64,000 nucleotides of DNA from Parcubacteria group bacterium Gr01-1014_8 (lineage in GTDB: Bacteria; Patescibacteriota; Minisyncoccia; Phycocordibacterales; UBA2100). The translations under genes and the position numbers were made by a program. The DNA lies in the NCBI GenBank assembly GCA_007376385.1, contig VMGC01000002.1, positions 136,372 to 200,371 of the forward strand, written 5' to 3'. The notes below the pieces were generated by a model. It was given only the letters and a program-made list of their open reading frames with translations, did no database searches and was not told the DNA's origin. Every line of letters starts with the position of its first letter. Positions within the stretch are counted from its first letter, which is position 1. Positions 47,803-56,163 of the stretch are shown here, one piece after another.

Positions 47803-49062
47803 ATGACATCGCTTTCAGAAACGCTCCGCGAACGAGGATATGTATACCAACACTCGTCCGAAAAGCTTGAGGAAATAACTGATGATGATGCAAAGCGCAC
47901 GCTGTATCTCGGCGTAGACCCGACGGCTGATTCGATGCATGTCGGACAGTTGCAAGGAATGTTGGTGTTGCGCAGATTCGTAGAGAACGGCCACAAACTC
48001 ATCATAATTGTCGGAGGAGGTACAGGCATGATAGGAGACCCGGGAGGCAGAAGCGCTGAAAGGAATTTGCTGGACGATGCGACAATAGACAAAAATACTG
48101 AAGCGCTTCGCAAGCAATTTAAACAGCTTCTCGGTGGTGTGGATTTCAAGATGGTCAACAATGCGGAATGGCTTCGCGAACTGAACTTGATGGAATTTTT
48201 GCGCGACGTGGGGAAGCATTTTACCGTGAACGAAATGATAAAACGTGACAGCGTAAAGCCTCGACTCGAGACGCCCGACGCGAGCATCTCATTTACAGAA
48301 TTCTCGTACATGCTTCTTCAGGCATACGACTATTTGCAATTGCACAAAAAGTATAACTGTGATTTGCAGGTCGGCGGCTCTGACCAGTGGGGAAATATTC
48401 TCTCCGGCGTAGAACTTATTCGACGAACGACGGGTGATACAGTCTATGCATTTTCGTGGCCGCTTCTCGTTGATAAAGCGACGGGCAAAAAATTCGGCAA
48501 AAGCGAAGGGGGTGCAGTGTGGCTGGATGCAGAGAAGACGTCGCCGTTCAAATTCTACCAATTCTGGCTCAATACGAGCGATGAAGCTGTGGAAGAGTTG
48601 TTTTTAAAAATGACGCTTTTACCCAAGGCGGAAATCAATAAGTGGATGAAAGACCACAAAACGCATCCAGAACAGCGGAATGCTCAACGCGCTCTCGCAC
48701 ATCATGTTACAGAATTGGTACATGGATTGGAGACTGCGGTCAAAGTCGGGAAAATTTCATCAGTTTTGTTTGTAGGCACTGACAATGCTTTAAAGGAATT
48801 AAGTGAAGCGGATACAACACTTTTAAAACAGGAAGCTCCTTCATGCTCGGTTTCTTCGGGCACCGCTATTGTAGATGCACTCGTTGGCTCTGGGCTTGCC
48901 AGTTCAAAACGAGAAGCCAAGCAGTTTCTTGCGGACGGCGCTGTGCAATTGAACGGGCAAAGTGTGGATGAAAACAAGGTTGTCGAGAACACAGACTTTT
49001 CGAATGGTATTGCGCTCTTAAAACGAGGTAAAAGAAATGTTTCGGTTATGATACTCTCATAG
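47803..49062 (+). CDS. tyrS: Tyrosine--tRNA ligase with a C-terminal S4 domain
   Basis: LYLGVDPTADSMHVGQ (HIGH-region variant), KFGKS (KMSKS variant), S4-like C-terminus. Confidence 0.9.
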   Translation: MTSLSETLRERGYVYQHSSEKLEEITDDDAKRTLYLGVDPTADSMHVGQLQGMLVLRRFVENGHKLIIIVGGGTGMIGDPGGRSAERNLLDDATIDKNTEALRKQFKQLLGGVDFKMVNNAEWLRELNLMEFLRDVGKHFTVNEMIKRDSVKPRLETPDASISFTEFSYMLLQAYDYLQLHKKYNCDLQVGGSDQWGNILSGVELIRRTTGDTVYAFSWPLLVDKATGKKFGKSEGGAVWLDAEKTSPFKFYQFWLNTSDEAVEELFLKMTLLPKAEINKWMKDHKTHPEQRNAQRALAHHVTELVHGLETAVKVGKISSVLFVGTDNALKELSEADTTLLKQEAPSCSVSSGTAIVDALVGSGLASSKREAKQFLADGAVQLNGQSVDENKVVENTDFSNGIALLKRGKRNVSVMILS

Positions 49063-49298
49063 GTATGGATAAGCCGGAACAAAAAGGGGGGATTGGCGGA
49101 TATCCGCATACGAGGGGAACGCCGCCTCGAGTTCCTGCTCGCATGGAAGGAAAGGTTCGACAAAAAGGGATACGGCCAGTGAAAAAGAAGAAAAGAGACA
49201 ATAAAGGGTAACCGGAAATACGCTGCCCTTCTGAGCCATCCAGTCGGCGGGTGTTTCCTTTGGATGGCAGTAACAGTGTATATTGTAGTTTCTTAAGT

Positions 49299-51314
49299 AT
49301 GGCAACATTCAAACTCGAATCATCATATAAGCCTGCTGGGGACCAACCGCAGGCAATACAAGCCCTGTACGATGGGCTGAAAAAAGGTAAGCGGGATCAG
49401 ACGCTTCTTGGCGTAACTGGGTCCGGCAAGACGTATACGATGGCGAGTATCATCGAAAAAATCGGCAAGCCAACGCTTGTCATTGCGCACAATAAGACGC
49501 TTGCGGCGCAGCTCGCATCCGAATATCGCGAGTTCTTTCCCACGCATGCGGTCCACTATTTCGTCTCATACTACGACTTCTATCAGCCGGAAGCATATGT
49601 GGCAGTTTCCGATACGTACATAGAGAAGGAAGCGCAGGTAAACGAGGATATCGAACGTTTGCGCCATGCTGCTACGCAGGCACTCTTAACGCGAAAGGAC
49701 GTTATCGTCGTCGCTTCTGTTTCTTGCATTTACGGTCTTGGAAGCCCCATTGAATATGAAAAAGTTAATTTGAAATTGCAGAAGGGAGAAACAATGACGC
49801 GGACAGGACTTACAAGAAAACTCGTATCAATGCATTTTGAGCGAACCCCTGGGGATCTGTCTCCGGGAACATTTCGGCCACTCGGAGCAGCCGTTGAGAT
49901 AATGCCGGCGAATGAGCGAGTCATTTATCGCATCGGCCTCTCGAGCGGAAAAATCGCGAACATCGAGGACATTGACCCGATTACACGTGTTATTAAAGGC
50001 GAAGAAGAAGCTGTATTTATTTTTCCCGCACGCCACTATGTTACGCCGGAGAATGTCGTGGAAGCGGCGCTTGCGGACATTGAGGCTGAACTCGAGGCAC
50101 AATTGAAGCATTTGAACGACGGCGGAAAAATACTTGAAGCGGAACGTTTGAAGCGGCGCACACGGCAAGATCTCACGATGATACGAGAGTTTGGATTTTG
50201 CAGCGGCATCGAGAACTACTCGCGTCATTTTGATAGGCGAAAACCAGGAGAGCCACCTTACACGTTGCTTTCGTACTTCCCGAAAAAGGCGGACGGTACT
50301 CCGGATTTTCTTACGGTCATAGACGAGTCGCACGTGACGGTGCCGCAGATAGGAGCGATGTATGCAGGGGATAGGGCGAGAAAATTGACCCTTATCGAGC
50401 ATGGGTTCAGACTTCCCAGCGCAGTAGATAATCGTCCGCTTAAATTCGAGGAGTTTTTGGAAAATACCGGACAGACGCTGTATACGAGCGCTACGCCATC
50501 TCTGTATGAATTGAATAAAAGCGGGAAGCCAGTCGAAATGATAGTAAGACCGACTGGCCTCTTGGACCCAGAGATACTAGTGAGACCGATAATAGGGAGA
50601 GGAGACTACGAAGGCCAAGTCCGCGATTTCATCAAAGAAGCAGAGGCGGTAACAAAACGAGGCGCGCGGTCGCTAGTGACCGTCCTCACCAAGAAAATGG
50701 CAGAAGACCTTGCGCAATTTCTCGTAGAACGCGGAATAAAAGCGCGCTATGTGCATAGCGACGTCCTTACTATCGAGCGCATTGAGATTCTCACAGATTT
50801 TAGGAAAGGTGTGTTCGACGTCTTGGTAGGTGTGAACTTGCTTCGTGAAGGATTGGACCTCCCTGAAGTTGAGCTGGTGGGAATTTTAGATGCTGATAAA
50901 GAAGGATTTCTTCGCTCGGAAACCTCACTTATACAGACCATGGGTCGCGCCGCACGAAATGTGAATGGACGTGTGCTTCTATACGCAGACAATATTACTG
51001 GCTCAATGGAGCGGGCAATAGGCGAGACGAATCGCCGCAGAGGGGTACAGGCAGAGTACAACAAAAAACACGGCATTACGCCGAAAACGATAGAAAAAAA
51101 GATACGAGATATCACGGGCGATATTGCGAGGGTGCGAGAACGCGCAATTAAGGAGCTAGCGGACATGGATACTGCTGCGTACGGCGGCGATAAGAGGAAA
51201 ATGATAAAGGATAAACGCCGCCAGATGCATGAAGCGGCCGATAGATTGGATTTCGAGACGGCGGCACTGCTGCGCGATGAGATACGCATCCTTGAACACG
51301 GCGTTTCAAAATAA
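49299..51314 (+). CDS. uvrB: Excinuclease ABC subunit B
   Basis: GVTGSGKT Walker A, helicase motifs, C-terminal UVR domain (FETAALLRDEIRILE). Confidence 0.9.
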   Translation: MATFKLESSYKPAGDQPQAIQALYDGLKKGKRDQTLLGVTGSGKTYTMASIIEKIGKPTLVIAHNKTLAAQLASEYREFFPTHAVHYFVSYYDFYQPEAYVAVSDTYIEKEAQVNEDIERLRHAATQALLTRKDVIVVASVSCIYGLGSPIEYEKVNLKLQKGETMTRTGLTRKLVSMHFERTPGDLSPGTFRPLGAAVEIMPANERVIYRIGLSSGKIANIEDIDPITRVIKGEEEAVFIFPARHYVTPENVVEAALADIEAELEAQLKHLNDGGKILEAERLKRRTRQDLTMIREFGFCSGIENYSRHFDRRKPGEPPYTLLSYFPKKADGTPDFLTVIDESHVTVPQIGAMYAGDRARKLTLIEHGFRLPSAVDNRPLKFEEFLENTGQTLYTSATPSLYELNKSGKPVEMIVRPTGLLDPEILVRPIIGRGDYEGQVRDFIKEAEAVTKRGARSLVTVLTKKMAEDLAQFLVERGIKARYVHSDVLTIERIEILTDFRKGVFDVLVGVNLLREGLDLPEVELVGILDADKEGFLRSETSLIQTMGRAARNVNGRVLLYADNITGSMERAIGETNRRRGVQAEYNKKHGITPKTIEKKIRDITGDIARVRERAIKELADMDTAAYGGDKRKMIKDKRRQMHEAADRLDFETAALLRDEIRILEHGVSK

Positions 51315-51371
51315 AGGTTCCTTGAAGCAAGCTCCGAGAGCTCGAACTCGTGTTTGTTCCTCGGCTCGGAC
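51309..51371. repeat. Dispersed palindromic repeat, copy 4 (contains the uvrB TAA stop)
   Basis: AAATAAAGGTTCCTTGAAGCAAGCTCCGAGAGCTCGAACTCGTGTTTGTTCCTCGGCTCGGACAT. Confidence 0.6.
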
Positions 51372-51450
51372 ATGCATATAAGTACACATGCATATCACTC
51401 GCTCTACGTCGCAAATAAGGCATAATGAAAAGCAATTTAATACTGGTGCC

Positions 51451-52374
51451 ATGCTTACGATAAAAGAAAACGTGCCGCTCGCCGAACTCTCGACATTCGA
51501 GATAGGTGGAAAGGCGAGGTATTTTGTGTCAGTGAAGACGGAAGAAGATATCAAAGAAGCGCTAGGGTGGGCGAGGGAACATGGCCACCGTTTTATCGTT
51601 ATGGCCGGTGGGAGCAACGTTGTTGTGCCGGACGAAGGGCTTGATGCACTCATTATTAAGATATCTGGCGTGAATTTCAGCATCATCGATTCAACCATTG
51701 AAATAGACGCTGGCTGTGTTCTTTTACATGTGATAAAAGCGGCGGCTGACGAAGGCTTAGGCGGTTGGGAAAAGTTGGCCGGGATACCGGGCACGGTTGG
51801 CGGTGCAGTTCGCGGCAACGCTGGTGCTTTTGGCAACGAAATAAAAGATGTCATCACATGGGTGAGAGCCATCAACACAAAAACGGGAGAAGGCCATGAG
51901 TTCGCGAACCCGGAATGTGAATTCGCATATCGTATGAGCTATTTTAAGAAGAATCCAGAGTGGATAATCACACGTGTTCATATTTCCCTACAAAAAACCG
52001 ATGCAATCGAAAGCCAAAGACTGATAACCGAAACAATAAAGGAGCGCGAAAGGCGGCACATTCAAGACGTTCGCGCAGCCGGCTCATATTTTATAAATCC
52101 CGTCGCACCTACTGATATTCGCGAGATGTATGAGAAAGAAAAGAAAGCTCAGTCACGCGAGGGAAGAGTACCCGCGGGGTGGCTTATTGAAAAAGCGGGA
52201 CTGAAGGGCAGGCGCGTCGGCGGCGCAGAAGCCAGCATGCAACATCCGAATTATATTGTGAATACAGGGAACGCGACCGCATCCGATGTTCGGAGATTAG
52301 CCGAACTCATAAAGCGCATCGTGAAGGAAAAATTTGGAGTTGAACTGCAAGAAGAGGCGGTGGTTTGGAAATGA
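51451..52374 (+). CDS. murB: UDP-N-acetylenolpyruvoylglucosamine reductase
   Basis: FAD-binding GGGSN motif (MAGGSNVVV); MurB C-terminal blocks. Confidence 0.85.
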   Translation: MLTIKENVPLAELSTFEIGGKARYFVSVKTEEDIKEALGWAREHGHRFIVMAGGSNVVVPDEGLDALIIKISGVNFSIIDSTIEIDAGCVLLHVIKAAADEGLGGWEKLAGIPGTVGGAVRGNAGAFGNEIKDVITWVRAINTKTGEGHEFANPECEFAYRMSYFKKNPEWIITRVHISLQKTDAIESQRLITETIKERERRHIQDVRAAGSYFINPVAPTDIREMYEKEKKAQSREGRVPAGWLIEKAGLKGRRVGGAEASMQHPNYIVNTGNATASDVRRLAELIKRIVKEKFGVELQEEAVVWK

Positions 52375-52392
52375 GTCAGCGATTGGAGTGAT

Positions 52393-52584
52393 CTACTCCC
52401 GGTCAAAGACCCACACGTACAGTACAAACCAGCCGATGATGGTCCATGCGATGGCAAGATTGGTAAATATGACGCCGCCAGCGTTCGGATGGCGCCGTAT
52501 CAAAGCCAGTATTCCGGGGAAAAAATACACGTATGTAGCCATAGCCACGTAGAGATAAACCATGAAATGCAAAAAAAGCAACAT
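52393..52584 (-). CDS. Superinfection-immunity-like small membrane protein (Imm family), paralog 1
   Basis: FFPGILALIRRHPNAGGVIFTNLAIAWTIIGWFVLYVWVF pattern. Confidence 0.6.
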   Translation of the reverse strand: MLLFLHFMVYLYVAMATYVYFFPGILALIRRHPNAGGVIFTNLAIAWTIIGWFVLYVWVFDRE

Positions 52585-52709
52585 GTTAACGAGTGCCCTG
52601 TTCCACGTAGGTCAATGAGGGCAAACGAACGTGTTACTGATCTGTAAGCGGATTCTACCAGTCCACCCGGGCAAAGGCAATTTTTTCGGTTGCCCATGAA
52701 AAAAATCGG

Positions 52710-52931
52710 CTAATTAGTACTTTGTCTGTCAAATACCCACGCGAACAAGACAAACCATCCAATGATGGTCCAGCCGATGGCGATGTTCGTAAAGAAAATA
52801 CCGCCGGGACTAGAATGGCGCAGAATGACAGCCAATATTGTGGGGAAGAAATACACGAACAACCCTCCCGCAACGTATGCGTATATCATGAGCAATTGTA
52901 ACCACAAAGTCGAAGGTATCAAATAGACCAC
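52710..52931 (-). CDS. Superinfection-immunity-like small membrane protein (Imm family), paralog 2 (GTG start)
   Basis: FFPTILAVILRHSSPGGIFFTNIAIGWTIIGWFVLFAWVF; approximately 60% identical to paralog 1. Confidence 0.6.
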   Translation of the reverse strand: MVYLIPSTLWLQLLMIYAYVAGGLFVYFFPTILAVILRHSSPGGIFFTNIAIGWTIIGWFVLFAWVFDRQSTN

Positions 52932-52978
52932 TGTGAATTAGGGCGAATGGTTGGCTCTTTCGGCAGATACGAGAAATG

Positions 52979-53085
52979 GTATACCCCGTGAGATAAAAAG
53001 GTCTCAAAATTATGCGGCAAGCGCACATGTACTCAAAATTCCTTTTTTTGCCTATAGTCACGGGCTATCTCATGGGGTATACTCG
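52979..53085. promoter_or_regulatory. Inverted pair of the TATCTCAYGGGGTATAC motif (RC copy at 52979-52995, direct copy at 53066-53085, which includes the TATACT -10) between the divergent Imm genes and uvrA
   Basis: Read directly; same architecture as at 27833-27939 and 60663-60768. Confidence 0.55.
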
Positions 53086-53092
53086 TCCGTGT

Positions 53093-53129
53093 CCCCGGTA
53101 CCACAAGTCCTTCGGACTTGACTACGGGG
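53093..53129 (+). ncRNA. Second copy of the 37-nt leader hairpin motif (CCCCGGUACCACAAGUCCUUCGGACUUGACUACGGGG) in the uvrA 5' UTR, followed by a second hairpin (CCCCTCG...CGAGGGG)
   Basis: Paralogous to 23009-23045 with a compensatory C:G to U:A change in the stem. Confidence 0.5.
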
Positions 53130-53173
53130 CAGGTAACCCCTCGGACAAGACGAGGGGCGAGGCTATTTGCATC

Positions 53174-55798
53174 ATGATAGAATCATCAAAAAATTCAGAA
53201 GGGCCAGGCAAGATCATCGTAAAGGGGGCGAGGACGCATAACTTAAAAAATATCAGCGTCGAGATACCTCGTAATAAAATGGTCGTCTTTACGGGGCTCT
53301 CGGGAAGCGGGAAATCGTCGCTGGCATTCGACACAATTTTTGCTGAAGGCCAGCGTAAGTACGTGGAATCGCTTTCCGCTTACGCGAGGCAGTTCTTACG
53401 TCAAATGCAAAAGCCCGATGTTGACGAGATCAGCGGTCTTTCTCCTGCCATCTCTATCGACCAAAAAAGCCGCTCAAATAATCCGCGCTCTACCGTTGCG
53501 ACGATAACGGAAATTTACGATTACCTGCGCGTACTGTACTCGCGTGTCGGACATCCCCACTGTCCCGTCTGCGGCCGAATAGTAAAAAAAATGTCGAATG
53601 AGGAAATTCTTGAGACCGTTTTGAAGGTAGTCGATGCAGCAAAAGCTTCAAAAAATGTCCCCAAGGGTAAGCACACGAAGGGAGTAACGGACGCAAAGGT
53701 ACGCATAACCGCTCCGGTTGTCGTCGGACGAAAGGGTGAATATTACCAGCTTCTGTACGACATGTTGAACAAGGGTTTTGAGAAAGTCATCATCGATGGT
53801 GAGGAGAAATCACTACGTGAGCGCATTGAGCTAAAAAAACATTTCAAGCACGATATAGATGTCGTTGTTGATGAGATATTCGTGAGCGAGTTCAAGGATG
53901 ATGCGAAAGGCTCTCGCGAACGAGCAAGTGAATCCATCGAGCGCGCGCTCCATGAAGCCGAGGGTCTCGTAAAAATAATCGATCCTGAGGGCGGTGCGCA
54001 TATCGTATCCGCAAAATTCATGTGTCCGTATGATGGCTTTTCATTTCCCGAAGTTGAACCTCGGCTTTTTTCGTTCAATTCTCCATACGGAGCCTGTCCC
54101 ACGTGCAATGGCTTAGGAACCAAATATTTTTTTGGAGATGAGCAGTGCGATACATGTCAGGGCGCACGTCTCCGAAGCGAAGCGTTGCATGTGTTTCTTG
54201 GGAGCGAAAAAAAGGAAGGCGCGCGGCAGAATATCGTGCAAGTAACAAGCATGTCTATAGCGAATGCTCGTAAATTCTTCGACGAGCTGGTATTAACGGA
54301 AAAGGAAAAAGAAATATCAAAAGTCGTCATAAAAGAAATAGTAAACCGGCTCCAATTCATGCTTGACGTCGGTATCGAATATCTGACGCTTGATAGACGG
54401 GCAAATACACTCTCTGGCGGCGAAGCGCAACGGATCCGCCTTGCTTCACAGCTTGGGAGCGGGCTTGTGGGTGCGCTCTATGTCCTCGATGAGCCGACCA
54501 TCGGTCTTCACCAAAAAGATAACGACAGGCTTATTGAGACGCTTAAACATCTCCGCGAACTGGGAAATACTGTGCTTGTCGTAGAACATGACGAGGATAC
54601 GATATTTGCCGCCGATTACATTGTTGATCTGGGACCCGGCGCCGGCACGCACGGCGGGGAAATAGTCGTAGCAGGCTGGCTTGAAGAACTCTTGACCGCC
54701 AAGACGAATAAGTCGGGCTCTAGGACCTTGGCGTATCTTCGCGACGAAACTCGGATCGAAATGCCGGAAAAACGACGTACGAACGACAAGGGAAAAATAA
54801 AAATTCGCGGAGCATCAAAATTCAATCTTGAAAAAGTGAATGTAGACGTGCCGCTTGGAAAATTAGTTGTTATCACCGGCGTTTCCGGTAGCGGGAAATC
54901 AACTTTTTTGTACGAAATCATGCATCGGAATTTACTCGCCAGATTCGATAAACGATTTCGAAATGCAAAAACCTACAACGCAGCAGAGTTTACTGGAACG
55001 GAATACCTGGGCCGTTCGATACTCATTGACCAGTCGCCGATAGGCAGGACGCCGCGCTCAAATCCCGCGACCTATACGGGGGCGTTCACGCATATTCGAG
55101 ACATGTTCGCGATGAGCGAAGAGGCGCGTGCGCGCGGATGGGGGCCAGGCAGGTTCAGTTTTAACCGCAAGGGCGGGCGATGCGAAGCGTGCGAAGGGAA
55201 CGGCATGGTCGCCGTTGAGATGCACTTTTTGCCGACGGTGTATGTCACGTGCGATGTGTGCGCAGGAAGACGTTTTATGAAGGAAACGCTTGAGGTGAAA
55301 TTCAAGAAAAAAAGCATACACGATATTTTGAAGATGACCGTCGAGGAAGCGCTTACGTTTTTTACTGACATTCCAGCCATATCAGACCGCCTTAAAACGT
55401 TGAGCAATGTTGGACTTGGTTATCTTCAATTGGGGCAGAGCGCAACGACACTCTCCGGCGGCGAAGCGCAACGCGTAAAAATAGCGTCGGAGTTGTATCG
55501 TCCGCATCAGACAAAAACGATGTACCTCTTGGACGAACCAACCGTCGGACTTCACTATGACGATGTGCAGAAGCTCATCGAAATTCTCCAACGACTCGTT
55601 GAGAGAGGGAACTCGGTAGTCGTTATCGAGCACAATCTTGACGTGTTGAAATCAGCGGATTACATCATTGATATGGGGCCGGAGGGTGGTGCTGGAGGTG
55701 GAAAAATTGTCGCGAAGGGTACGCCGGAGGAGGTATCCAAGACGGAAGGATCGCACACGGGCTACTATTTGCGGCGGGTTTTGAAAAAAAAGAAGTAG
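53174..55798 (+). CDS. uvrA: Excinuclease ABC subunit A
   Basis: Two ABC modules (GLSGSGKSSL, GVSGSGKST), LSGGEAQR signatures, Zn-finger Cys pairs. Confidence 0.9.
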   Translation: MIESSKNSEGPGKIIVKGARTHNLKNISVEIPRNKMVVFTGLSGSGKSSLAFDTIFAEGQRKYVESLSAYARQFLRQMQKPDVDEISGLSPAISIDQKSRSNNPRSTVATITEIYDYLRVLYSRVGHPHCPVCGRIVKKMSNEEILETVLKVVDAAKASKNVPKGKHTKGVTDAKVRITAPVVVGRKGEYYQLLYDMLNKGFEKVIIDGEEKSLRERIELKKHFKHDIDVVVDEIFVSEFKDDAKGSRERASESIERALHEAEGLVKIIDPEGGAHIVSAKFMCPYDGFSFPEVEPRLFSFNSPYGACPTCNGLGTKYFFGDEQCDTCQGARLRSEALHVFLGSEKKEGARQNIVQVTSMSIANARKFFDELVLTEKEKEISKVVIKEIVNRLQFMLDVGIEYLTLDRRANTLSGGEAQRIRLASQLGSGLVGALYVLDEPTIGLHQKDNDRLIETLKHLRELGNTVLVVEHDEDTIFAADYIVDLGPGAGTHGGEIVVAGWLEELLTAKTNKSGSRTLAYLRDETRIEMPEKRRTNDKGKIKIRGASKFNLEKVNVDVPLGKLVVITGVSGSGKSTFLYEIMHRNLLARFDKRFRNAKTYNAAEFTGTEYLGRSILIDQSPIGRTPRSNPATYTGAFTHIRDMFAMSEEARARGWGPGRFSFNRKGGRCEACEGNGMVAVEMHFLPTVYVTCDVCAGRRFMKETLEVKFKKKSIHDILKMTVEEALTFFTDIPAISDRLKTLSNVGLGYLQLGQSATTLSGGEAQRVKIASELYRPHQTKTMYLLDEPTVGLHYDDVQKLIEILQRLVERGNSVVVIEHNLDVLKSADYIIDMGPEGGAGGGKIVAKGTPEEVSKTEGSHTGYYLRRVLKKKK

Positions 55799-55802
55799 TC
55801 TA

Positions 55803-56156
55803 TTAGCCATACCAGTTTTTTGGCGCCTTGCGTGGTTGAGCTGACTGAGTTGAGTCATGTATGTCTACGGGCGCGTTTTTTCTTGCCGTACGGGGCCCGG
55901 CAAAATAAGCCAGCGCCTTCTCAAGTGCTTGCTGCAGGTGTCCGATGGCTTCTTCTCTTGTGCGCAGGCGGCGCGAAGCAAAGTAATCGGACAGGAGCTT
56001 TGCCGAGATGGACGATTCTTTTGCTATGTCATTAATGTTTAGTGTTTTCTGCGAAGACACAATAGCTAATAGTGATCGCGCGACATGAGGGTTCGTAAAA
56101 ATTATGGATTCAAGTGCCTTATGTGGAACAATATTTTCAGTATTTCTATGTTTCAT
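55803..56156 (-). CDS. Hypothetical protein, possible HTH
   Basis: ORF only; convergent with uvrA. Confidence 0.35.
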   Translation of the reverse strand: MKHRNTENIVPHKALESIIFTNPHVARSLLAIVSSQKTLNINDIAKESSISAKLLSDYFASRRLRTREEAIGHLQQALEKALAYFAGPRTARKNAPVDIHDSTQSAQPRKAPKNWYG

Positions 56157-56163
56157 ATCTGCA

